Below, piece by piece: positions 1-9,626 of a stretch of DNA of 64,000 nucleotides; positions within the stretch are counted from its first letter, which is position 1, and each line of letters begins with the position of its first letter. The stretch covers positions 5,334 through 69,333 of the forward strand of contig JBBQKF010000003.1 in the NCBI GenBank assembly GCA_038326615.1. Reading direction: 5' to 3'. This stretch comes from Saccharofermentanales bacterium (GTDB lineage Bacteria; Bacillota; Clostridia; Saccharofermentanales; UBA5734). A model generated the notes under the pieces. It was not told the DNA's origin, did no database searches, and was given only the letters and a program-made list of their open reading frames with translations. The position numbers and the translations under genes were made by a program.

Positions 1-384
1 CTTAAGAACTGGATAACAATACAATTACAAAATTGCTTCAAAGAAATGGTGGATGCAAAAAAATCAAAGGAAGTTGATGCTATTCAGCAGGCAAAGGACT
101 ACATTGAAGAAAATTTTCAGAACACAATAACTTTAGCACTAGTTGCAAGTTCACTATATATGAGCACTTCCTATTTTTGTTCAATATTTAAAAGCCGCAC
201 TGGAATTGGGTTTCACGAATATGTTCTTAGCAAACGGATGGAAACCGCAGCGAAATTAATGGCTAGCAAAAACTACAAGGTTTATGAGGTTTCTGTAATG
301 GTTGGATATAAAAATTCGCGATATTTTAGCGAAGCCTATAAACGTTATTTCGGGAAAAAGCCTACCGAACCAAATATAGAATAA
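1..384 (+). CDS. AraC-family HTH regulator, C-terminal part (probably a YesN-type response regulator; 5' end outside the window)
   Basis: Frame is open from base 1. AraC double-HTH motifs 'ITLALVASSLYMSTSYFCSIFK' and 'VYEVSVMVGYKNSRYFSEAYKRYFG'. Confidence 0.85.
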   Translation, partial: LKNWITIQLQNCFKEMVDAKKSKEVDAIQQAKDYIEENFQNTITLALVASSLYMSTSYFCSIFKSRTGIGFHEYVLSKRMETAAKLMASKNYKVYEVSVMVGYKNSRYFSEAYKRYFGKKPTEPNIE

Positions 385-403
385 GTTCGAAAAGGAGTCT
401 AAT

Positions 404-2563
404 ATGTCTACATCGAAAATCATATCTTTTAAAACAATGCATTCACCAAAAGGAGCTAATGCGAGTTTCACAATTGGTATGGAGGATAATGGCGGTGGGT
501 TTTCTGTCGAAAAAGATTACATTCCCGATCAGGATGTTTTCATAGGATATAAAGACGGCAAGGATATTTTTTGCCTGCCGTTTTACTCTTCACAAAAAGC
601 AAATGCCAGCGAAAAGTTTGTGAAAAAAGATAACTCAAACAAGCAACAATTTGATGCAAATGATTCAAACGATACCAATACAAATAAAAAAAATGATGAA
701 TCAAAAAAGACGATACTTTCACATAAAAATTATAACAGAGAACTTCAATTCGCTACCGATAAATATACCCTTGGGAAAATGGATTATTCGATATACACTC
801 CTGTTGACGGAGTTCCTGACCCTGAAATTTGTGATAATACAATTATGAAAAGAGAGGTCACACCATCAGTGATTTCCGTGATGTCAATAGATAATAGAAA
901 TGGCAAATTGCCACTTCAGTGTTTTTTTGGAGTATCCCCAATTAAAGGCAAAATTCTACTTAGTGAAATGACCAATGACAAACTAATTGGAATTTATTCA
1001 TTAGAAGGATATGGGTTTGCAGCTTCTAGCGAAAGTACAACAGTTAAAGAGTTTGGGGAATTTAACATTCTTGATTTTTTTAATCGTAAAGAAATAGTAT
1101 CCTTTCAATTGGCACCGATTGGAGGAATATATTTTTGGGTGCCTGCGGGTGAAATAGTTACAGTTGATATTGCTTTAGGCTTTTATAAAGGAGAAATTGT
1201 AACCGGAGGAGTGGGCCAATGCAAATATTTCTATACCAGGTATTTTAAAAATATTGTAGAAGTACTTGAATATACATTAGCAAATAAATCGTATCTAATT
1301 AATAGAGCGATAGAAGTGGACAGGAAATTTAGTCTTTGTAAGATAAATGATGACAGAAAATTCATTGTTTCTCAATCGATAAGATCTTACTATGCTAGTA
1401 CAATGCTATTCTTGGAAAATAACAAACCGCGATGGGTTGTAAACGAAGGATCGTATATGATGATGAACACTTTTGACCTTTTTGTTGATCATCTTTATTA
1501 TGAACTGGACAATCACCCCTGGCTGGTTTTAAACACACTAAAGTCTTTTGCAAATAAATACAGTTATGAAGACACAGTTCACTACTATGATGAGCCTGAA
1601 GTTTCATATCCCGGAGGAATTTCTTTCACACACGACCAAGGAGTTTTTAATGTTTTTTCGCGCGAAGGCTATTCAACATATGAAATAAAAGGACAAGATG
1701 GATGCTTTTCGTATATGACACAGGAACAACTATGCAATTTTGTTTTGTGTTCCGCTCTTTATGTGAAAAAAACAGGAAACAAGCAGTGGCAAAGGGAAAA
1801 TCAAAAGTTGTTTTCAAACTGTCTTACATCAATGATAAATCGTGATCATCCACTACCTGAAATGCGCGATGGTGTTATGGATCTCGATTCGGACCGGTGT
1901 GGAAATCAGTCAGAGATAACGACATATGATAGTCTTGACCATAGCCTTGGACAATCAAGAAGAAATTTATACTTAGCAGTCAAATGCTGGGCAACGTATA
2001 TTTCACTAGAGTATTTGCTGCAAAATCATGATACAAAAAATGCAAAAATTGCATTAAATCAAGCAAAATTATCTGCCTCAACAATTTCAAAAGCATATAA
2101 CAAGGATTTAGGATATATACCAGCAATCTTGGATGGTAAGGACAAATCTGCTATAATTCCAGCAATCGAAGGACTAATATATCCTTATATGCTTGATCTT
2201 CCATTATACTTAGATGAAAATGGAGTTTTTGGGAATCTTGTCACGTGCCTCAAAAAGCATATGATAACTATTCTTGACAAACATTTATGTTTATTTGATG
2301 ATGGAGGCTGGAAATTATCAGCAAATAGTGTTAATTCATGGGTTAGCAAAATCTTTTTGTGTCAGTATATTTCAAAAGAAATCCTTGCTATTAAAAAGGG
2401 AAATACCTCTGTAAATGATATGGCGCATGCATTATGGTGGAAAAAGGGATGCCCGACAAATCCAGGAATAGACCAGATCTTTGCGGGCAATCAAGAATTA
2501 CGAAATTTTCATTATCCAAGAGCAATAACGTCATATTTATGGATTTATGAAGGCTTAAAGTAA
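404..2563 (+). CDS. Glycoside hydrolase family 52 beta-xylosidase
   Basis: GH52 motifs HSPKGANASFTIG, WVVNEGSYMMMNTFDL, GGISFTHDQG, EITTYDSLD, IPAIEGL, YPRAIT. SD AAGGAG upstream. Confidence 0.9.
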   Translation: MSTSKIISFKTMHSPKGANASFTIGMEDNGGGFSVEKDYIPDQDVFIGYKDGKDIFCLPFYSSQKANASEKFVKKDNSNKQQFDANDSNDTNTNKKNDESKKTILSHKNYNRELQFATDKYTLGKMDYSIYTPVDGVPDPEICDNTIMKREVTPSVISVMSIDNRNGKLPLQCFFGVSPIKGKILLSEMTNDKLIGIYSLEGYGFAASSESTTVKEFGEFNILDFFNRKEIVSFQLAPIGGIYFWVPAGEIVTVDIALGFYKGEIVTGGVGQCKYFYTRYFKNIVEVLEYTLANKSYLINRAIEVDRKFSLCKINDDRKFIVSQSIRSYYASTMLFLENNKPRWVVNEGSYMMMNTFDLFVDHLYYELDNHPWLVLNTLKSFANKYSYEDTVHYYDEPEVSYPGGISFTHDQGVFNVFSREGYSTYEIKGQDGCFSYMTQEQLCNFVLCSALYVKKTGNKQWQRENQKLFSNCLTSMINRDHPLPEMRDGVMDLDSDRCGNQSEITTYDSLDHSLGQSRRNLYLAVKCWATYISLEYLLQNHDTKNAKIALNQAKLSASTISKAYNKDLGYIPAILDGKDKSAIIPAIEGLIYPYMLDLPLYLDENGVFGNLVTCLKKHMITILDKHLCLFDDGGWKLSANSVNSWVSKIFLCQYISKEILAIKKGNTSVNDMAHALWWKKGCPTNPGIDQIFAGNQELRNFHYPRAITSYLWIYEGLK

Positions 2564-2604
2564 TAAAAGTTTTAATTATGTAGCAAGGACCATTGCTGTG
2601 TAGC

Positions 2605-3939
2605 TTATCCAGAAACAAGAACACCGAGAAGGGCAAAGTTTTCACCTGTGCAGTTTGCTGGTTTCTTATCGAGGTATTTTATAGATATTATATGCTTTCT
2701 CTTAGTTTCCATCTTTAAAATTTGAGTTGCAGTAATAGCTTCCCAGTCAACATCAGACTTGCTATTGATTTCCATTATAAATTTTCCATCAACAGTCACA
2801 GCAACTGTTGCCCCTCTTCCATCAATAGTTTTGTTATAAACTAACAATATGTTTTTTGCGTCAACCTCAAATTTCATTTCTTTATTTATTTCTTTTGCAA
2901 TCCAGCCATCACTAAGTTGCCAGTGAGCTTGATTTGTCGCAGTAAATCCACCAACATCAATAACATTAAGTGTTTTGTTTGTGAGATATGTTGCATTCAC
3001 ATATATTCCTGGTGTCAATAAATCAGGCAGGATTTTTTCCGGCGTAGCATTTTGATCGATTTTAGAGTAGCAATCTTCAAGTTCACTTATAATTAAATCT
3101 GCTGTAATGTGATGACCTTTCTCATTTGGGTGAATAAAATCTCCTGAAATATCCGCCCACTTGAGCTTTTTCTCTTGTATTTGAGGCCAAATAGCGTTTT
3201 TATAACTTAGCATTGGTAGGTTGTAGTGACTGCCAATTTTAATCTCTTGGTCTTGGAAGTTATAACCACCATCGGTGCACATGAATAATAGCATCAATCC
3301 AGGAGTTTTTGATGATGCTAAAATATCTCTTACAAGATTTTCATAAGCGATATTAACATTACTATCTGCAGTATCGTTTACTGCAAAATCAATAACAACA
3401 AAATCTGGATTTTTAATAAGTAAATCTTTATATGCTCGATGAACTCCAATAACAGAGCCGGTTCCACTAATTCCAGCATTAACCAATTTTATTTTAGAAT
3501 TTGGGAATTTATTTTTCCACCATCGAGTTACAAGATCAGAAAAAGACAAGTTTGCTTTTGCGCTAGAACCATATGTTATCGATCCGCCGATATACCCCAA
3601 AGTCAGTGATTCTTTGTTTTGAGCTCTTTGCATTGCAGCAGTTATTCTTGATTGATCTCCTTTACTAACAACTGAACTTTTCAACATTTCGGGGGATGCG
3701 ATGTACTTGTCGTATACAAATACCGATGGCTGTGAGGTAGCTAATGATTGCATTGATGCTTGACTATTTGAATTGCTGGTACTCACGGTAGTGTCGCGAT
3801 TAACTGATGTTACATGATTGTTTAAAAATGTGCAGCTCGAAGAAACGATTAGGATCGATATTGAAAGACATAAAACAGTCGCTTGATATAACTTGCTCAT
3901 AAACACTTTGTATAACTTAGTTGTAACTAAATCATACAC
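2605..3939 (-). CDS. SGNH/GDSL hydrolase, probable lipoprotein (possible carbohydrate esterase); start uncertain (GTG 3939 or ATG 3900)
   Basis: Block I GGSIT, NAGISG, DFAVND and DFIHPN motifs. Hydrophobic N-terminus ending in SSSC. Confidence 0.8.
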   Translation of the reverse strand: MYDLVTTKLYKVFMSKLYQATVLCLSISILIVSSSCTFLNNHVTSVNRDTTVSTSNSNSQASMQSLATSQPSVFVYDKYIASPEMLKSSVVSKGDQSRITAAMQRAQNKESLTLGYIGGSITYGSSAKANLSFSDLVTRWWKNKFPNSKIKLVNAGISGTGSVIGVHRAYKDLLIKNPDFVVIDFAVNDTADSNVNIAYENLVRDILASSKTPGLMLLFMCTDGGYNFQDQEIKIGSHYNLPMLSYKNAIWPQIQEKKLKWADISGDFIHPNEKGHHITADLIISELEDCYSKIDQNATPEKILPDLLTPGIYVNATYLTNKTLNVIDVGGFTATNQAHWQLSDGWIAKEINKEMKFEVDAKNILLVYNKTIDGRGATVAVTVDGKFIMEINSKSDVDWEAITATQILKMETKRKHIISIKYLDKKPANCTGENFALLGVLVSG

Positions 3940-4056
3940 CCCCTTCTAAAAAAATAAATAGCAATTTTTAAAATCAAATAGAGCCAAATTGTAGCTTGAT
4001 GACTCCTAGTATCTACTAGCAATTATATTATTTTTTAAGAAAGTTACAATCCATAA

Positions 4057-4131
4057 ATCTTACGATGCATATACTATAAAATTAAGATATTTCAGAAAAA
4101 TGTCAGATATCTTACGATGTATGTCGGATAA
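4057..4131. promoter_or_regulatory. Candidate AraC-type direct-repeat operator between divergent genes
   Basis: ATCTTACGATG at 4057 and 4109. RGATAW at 4085, 4105 and 4126 (20-21 bp period). Confidence 0.35.
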
Positions 4132-4270
4132 ATTCTCATGTTACCAAAGTGATATTTACATGTTGAATTTCATTTTGTATGATTGATTTATAAACAGTGA
4201 CTCAACTTTGATTTAACTTTGGGAAAACGAAAACAGACGAAAAAAACAAAATTTAACAGGAGGAAAAAAC

Positions 4271-5011
4271 ATGAAAAAGATTATCGTATCATTACTTATG
4301 GTTACTCTAATTGCAATTTCTGGCGTTACAGCTTTTGCAACATCAAACTTCACTTTGAATTTTGAGGATCAAACATTAATCAGTGGCAAAACAATCAATT
4401 TTAATGCTACATTGTCCGAAGGTATCGTAATTGGACCACAAGCTGGGTTTACTGGCAGTGCCTTTAAAGCACCTATTAGCTCTGTTGATGGAGGAATCTG
4501 GTGGGTGTTTGGAATCAACCTTGATAAAGCAAAAAATTCAGAAGCTAATTTTAAAGGACTAAAGGATATTACATTTAAGTATAAATCAACTGTCGCTTTC
4601 CCAACAAGTCCATTCATCATTCAACTTGTATGGAAGAATAAAGCAGATGCAACAGAAGTGACTAAAATCGAACAAGTCTTCACTTGCGAAAAAGATGCTA
4701 TAAAAACAGTAACAGTAGCAATCCCTGCAGATGTAAAAACAAAGTTAGACACGAAAACCGGTTATTATCTTGACTGGGTAATGGTAGGTCTTAAATCAGA
4801 CGCAGCAAACAATGAATTCCGTACTGGTTCATTTATATTTGATGATTTATCATTTAACAAAGCTCCAGTTGCTGTTGCAACTGCAACAAAGGCTCCTGTT
4901 GGCAACCCTACAACTGGTGACAATTCTGCATTGTACTTAATGATGTTCGCAATTGTTTCACTTTCAGGAATAACAGCTGTTAAAGTAGTTAAAGCATCAA
5001 GACAAAACTAA
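4271..5011 (+). CDS. Secreted/cell-surface protein with NPxTG-type sorting tail; possible carbohydrate-binding domain
   Basis: Signal peptide MKKII...TAFA. C-terminal NPTTGD, hydrophobic helix and basic tail. Aromatic-rich domain ending FIFDDLSF. Strong SD AGGAGG. Confidence 0.7.
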   Translation: MKKIIVSLLMVTLIAISGVTAFATSNFTLNFEDQTLISGKTINFNATLSEGIVIGPQAGFTGSAFKAPISSVDGGIWWVFGINLDKAKNSEANFKGLKDITFKYKSTVAFPTSPFIIQLVWKNKADATEVTKIEQVFTCEKDAIKTVTVAIPADVKTKLDTKTGYYLDWVMVGLKSDAANNEFRTGSFIFDDLSFNKAPVAVATATKAPVGNPTTGDNSALYLMMFAIVSLSGITAVKVVKASRQN

Positions 5012-5118
5012 TTTAATAAAATCACTGTTTTAGCCGAATTTAAATCAAATATAATCAGAGTTATTCAATCAAACTTTGATACATGAAATTTCTTGTACAA
5101 AATATTAGTAAAGATAAG

Positions 5119-5155
5119 AGACATCGTAGAGAAATCTAGATGTCTTTTATTTTTT
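5119..5155 (+). terminator. Rho-independent terminator
   Basis: AGACATC-g-TAGA gaaa TCTA-GATGTCT followed by a T-run. Confidence 0.7.
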
Positions 5156-5280
5156 CACAAAATCGTATCGCTTACTGCCAATTTTGTTGAACAATTGCAA
5201 CAGACTAAAAAGTTTGCAAAATCTAAAGAAATAGGCTAAAATTAATTCGATGCGAAATAGTAACCTAAGGGTTAATTTAA

Positions 5281-6369
<1,089 letters not shown>

Positions 6370-6475
6370 AAAAATTATGTTTGGGATCCTTTTGATTTTA
6401 ATGCATTTCAATATTGCATTTCAATTTTTAAAAAGAATCTCAACTTAACGAGGTTTCAGAATTAGTTATAACTAG

Positions 6476-6510
6476 CAACCCCTTCATTCAAAAGTTGGGG
6501 TTGTTTTTTA
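6476..6510 (+). terminator. Rho-independent terminator after gap
   Basis: CAACCCC...GGGGTTG followed by TTTTTT. Confidence 0.7.
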
Positions 6511-6574
6511 ATTACATATACGTTCATATTAAAATAGCAATCAAGCACTTAATAAAATGGATTTTCTAATAAAC

Positions 6575-6639
6575 TTAACCTCAACATAGCAAGAAATTAT
6601 ACTCCTCTAGACTACCTTGACAATCATTATTCAACTAAG
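6575..6639 (+). mobile_element. Degenerate, internally deleted copy of the 19377/41302 hairpin element
   Basis: TTAACCTCA..TAGCAAGAA..CTCCTCTA joined directly to TACCTTGACAAT.ATT.T.CAACTAAG; both flanks match the 19377 copy. Confidence 0.6.
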
Positions 6640-6763
6640 ATTCATGATAAAAGTTCATTAAAGATTATTTAACAAATTATTACAATTAAGAAATACCGTT
6701 GAAAAATAGCATGCTATTACAAATAACAGCATTTCAAAAAACTTTTTAGTGAGAATCGTATAA

Positions 6764-6976
6764 TAAAATAGCTGAAATTTTCGACAATAATTGTGGTAAA
6801 ATAGCTAACTTAGTCGTCGTTTTGTTTATTTCTAAACCAACAATAATCAAAGTATTTGAATATTATATACAACATAATAAAAGATTCTACGGATGATTAC
6901 TATTTTTGAATAAAAATAGTAGGGCAAGGTTTATTAAAATAGTTGGAATTTTCGATTAGAATTGTGGTAAAATAGA
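6764..6976 (+). repeat. Imperfect ~40-bp duplication carrying an extended -10 element (two copies about 171 bp apart)
   Basis: aaaatagctgaaattttcgacaataattgtggtaaaatag versus aaaatagttggaattttcgattagaattgtggtaaaatag. Confidence 0.6.
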
Positions 6977-7209
6977 TTTTGTAGTGTGAGCTGCAAATTA
7001 CTTACAATAACTGAAGGTTATTTTGAAGAGTGTAGACATTCTCAATTCAATTAGATAAGTTATTAAAATTAAGCAGAGCTATTGGTCTTTGTTGCTAACA
7101 TAAAATTTGTGCTAGAAACAAAGGTTGGTAATATTACAATATAAAACTTAGTGTGGCAACTAATAAATTGTAGGTTTGCCAACTATACAAAAAGGAGAGA
7201 ACACATAAC

Positions 7210-8748
7210 GTGGATGCAGACAGTAGCACCCTGATATGGATGCAAATTGGGAATCCCGCAATACCATCAAATGACCAAACATTAGGTATCATTTTTAATC
7301 TTATGATTTTAATATTGCTTATTTTGTTTAATGCAGCTTATGCGGCTACCGAAATGGCAGTTATTACTATGAACGACAATAAAATAAGGAAAATGGCTGA
7401 AGAAGGAGACAAAAACGCAAAGAAAATTGCAAAACTTCTTGAAAAGCCAACACATTTCCTCTCAACAATACAAGTTGGAATTACTTTTGGCGGATTTTTC
7501 GCAAGTGCATTTGCCGCTGATAAATTTGCTGCACCGCTCACTTTGGCAATTGATCCAATGACTAGACTTCCTTGGCTTGGAGCTGTTTCCGTAATATTTA
7601 TAACAATTGTACTTTCGTTTCTTTCCTTGGTTTTTGGCGAACTGGTTCCAAAAAGAATTGCAATGCGCTCACCTTATACTGTAATAAAATATACTTTGGG
7701 TCTACTAACGTTTACAGGCGCAATTTTAAAACCTTTCGTTTATTTTCTTACAGTAATAACAAATCTTACGCTTAGGATTATTGGAATTAATCCGGAAGAA
7801 CATGAGCGGACTGTTACTGAAGAAGAAATAAGAATGATGGTTGATGTTGGCCGCGAAACAGGAACAATCCATGCCAATGAGAAGGAAATGATAGAGAATA
7901 TCTTTGAATTTAACGATACCCAAGTTTCAGAGATAATGACACATAGAACTAATATTGTATCGCTTGAAGTTAAGGCAGATTTTCAGGAAGTTTTAGGCGT
8001 TGCCGTGAATGAGAAATTTACAAGAATTCCTGTTTATAAAGATTCTATTGATAATATAATAGGAATTTTGCACATTAAAGACTTGCTTGCCTTAGCTATT
8101 GTAGGGCTTGAACACCCTTTTAGCTTAGAGAAAATGATTCGCGAGCCGTTTATTGTTCCTGAAACTAAAACTATCGATGAAACATTCCACGAAATGCAAA
8201 AGGCCCATGAGCAGATTGCAGTAGTTATTGATGAATATGGTGGTACGGCTGGAATTATAACGATGGAAGATCTTCTAGAAGAAATTGTCGGGAATATGCA
8301 AGATGAGTACGATGAAGAAGATGAAGAAATTGTTCGGCAAGATGCGAACACTTTGATTGTTGATGGAATGACAGGCTTAGATGAAATTTCCGACGAACTC
8401 AACATTAAATTTTCTGATGACAGAGATTATGACACCATTGCCGGGCTGGTAATTGACCTACTAGGAAGGATTCCCGATGAAGAGGAGAACCCTGAGGTTG
8501 CTTATTTGTTTGTAACATTTACTGTTCTTGAGATGGAAGAAAAGCGAATATCAAAAATTAAAATCTCAATAAACCCATCTGCTATAGAAAAATATTCATC
8601 AGAATTTACAGGCGAAAAAACAGATAGCCAACAAAACCAACCAAACTCAAATAACTCACAAAATAAATCTAAGCAAGCCAATACCTTAAATCAGAATAAC
8701 CCCTCGATACAAACTAATGGTTCAAAATATATTAATGGCTCTAAATAA
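7210..8748 (+). CDS. HlyC/CorC (CNNM/DUF21-CBS-CorC) hemolysin-family membrane protein, putative Mg2+/Co2+ transport
   Basis: FLSTIQVGIT, VFGELVPKRIA, IMTHRT, VVIDEYGGTAGIITMEDLLEEIVG, DYDTIAG. GTG start with SD AAGGAGAG. Confidence 0.92.
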   Translation: MDADSSTLIWMQIGNPAIPSNDQTLGIIFNLMILILLILFNAAYAATEMAVITMNDNKIRKMAEEGDKNAKKIAKLLEKPTHFLSTIQVGITFGGFFASAFAADKFAAPLTLAIDPMTRLPWLGAVSVIFITIVLSFLSLVFGELVPKRIAMRSPYTVIKYTLGLLTFTGAILKPFVYFLTVITNLTLRIIGINPEEHERTVTEEEIRMMVDVGRETGTIHANEKEMIENIFEFNDTQVSEIMTHRTNIVSLEVKADFQEVLGVAVNEKFTRIPVYKDSIDNIIGILHIKDLLALAIVGLEHPFSLEKMIREPFIVPETKTIDETFHEMQKAHEQIAVVIDEYGGTAGIITMEDLLEEIVGNMQDEYDEEDEEIVRQDANTLIVDGMTGLDEISDELNIKFSDDRDYDTIAGLVIDLLGRIPDEEENPEVAYLFVTFTVLEMEEKRISKIKISINPSAIEKYSSEFTGEKTDSQQNQPNSNNSQNKSKQANTLNQNNPSIQTNGSKYINGSK

Positions 8749-8759
8749 GGAAATTGTTC

Positions 8760-8847
8760 TAAATAAAATAAATAAAATAAATAAAATAAATAAATAAAAT
8801 AAATAAAATAAATAAATAAAATAAATAAATAAATAAATAAAATAAAT
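8760..8847. repeat. (AAAT/AAAAT)n microsatellite
   Basis: About 88 bp made only of AAAT and AAAAT units. Confidence 0.95.
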
Positions 8848-8891
8848 GACATATTCAATTCGCAATGAATTTTACAAGGAGACCTACTTAG

Positions 8892-9476
8892 ATGACCAGA
8901 TATGGATACATAAAGCTCGATAAAAAAGATCCTGACGTTGCTAGACAAGCATCATTGCTTGATACCATTGGAGGATTTGACAAATTATTTGTCGAACAGA
9001 AAAAATCCAAGGAATTGCCGAATTTAATTCCGGAACAACTAACTAAAGTAATGCAACTTTTGCAGAATGGAGACCTTTTGTACGTTGCATCTTTTGACCG
9101 TTTTTGCACACAGACCAGAGAATTTATTGAACGTGTTGAATGGATTTTGTCACAAGATGCAGATTTTATAAGCCTTGAAGAAGTTTTTGATACGCGATCC
9201 TCTACTAGCAAAAGTGTTTTTAAAACAATAAAAGCCTTAGAAACCCTTGACCGCGAAACAATGTCTTTGCGTAAAAAAGAAGGCATAAGGATTGCAAGAG
9301 AAGATGGACGAAGGATTGGTCGTCCTCCTGTCAGTATTCCTGTCGGATTTCGTGATATCTGTAAAGATTGGGAGTTAGGAAAGATAACTGGGGTTGAAGC
9401 GATAAGAAAAAGTAAGATGAAAAGTACATCTTTTTATAAAAAAGCCGACGAATTAGGATATCGCAGAAACAAATAA
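8892..9476 (+). CDS. Resolvase/invertase-type serine recombinase family protein with degenerate active site
   Basis: Overall resolvase pattern (YGY...RQ, GDLLYVASFDR, FISLEE.FDT, EGIRIAREDG...GRP, C-terminal HTH), but the RVS motif reads KLD. Confidence 0.85.
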   Translation: MTRYGYIKLDKKDPDVARQASLLDTIGGFDKLFVEQKKSKELPNLIPEQLTKVMQLLQNGDLLYVASFDRFCTQTREFIERVEWILSQDADFISLEEVFDTRSSTSKSVFKTIKALETLDRETMSLRKKEGIRIAREDGRRIGRPPVSIPVGFRDICKDWELGKITGVEAIRKSKMKSTSFYKKADELGYRRNK

Positions 9477-9626
9477 GGCAAAATTGTGTTATCAAACGTA
9501 AGATTTTGAATCTATTTATAAAATTCAAATGATTTAGTTGTATAAAACTTAAGTTGTGTGTATAATATTTTTTGTTGCACTTTGCAATATTTTAAATTAA
9601 TTCTTAAATAAAGGATGGTTTCAAAA

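Noticed and set aside
8691..8948. Hydrophobic 85-aa ORF (FIYLFI...) as a type I toxin or membrane peptide
   Set aside because: It is the antisense translation of the (AAAT)n tract and overlaps two real genes.
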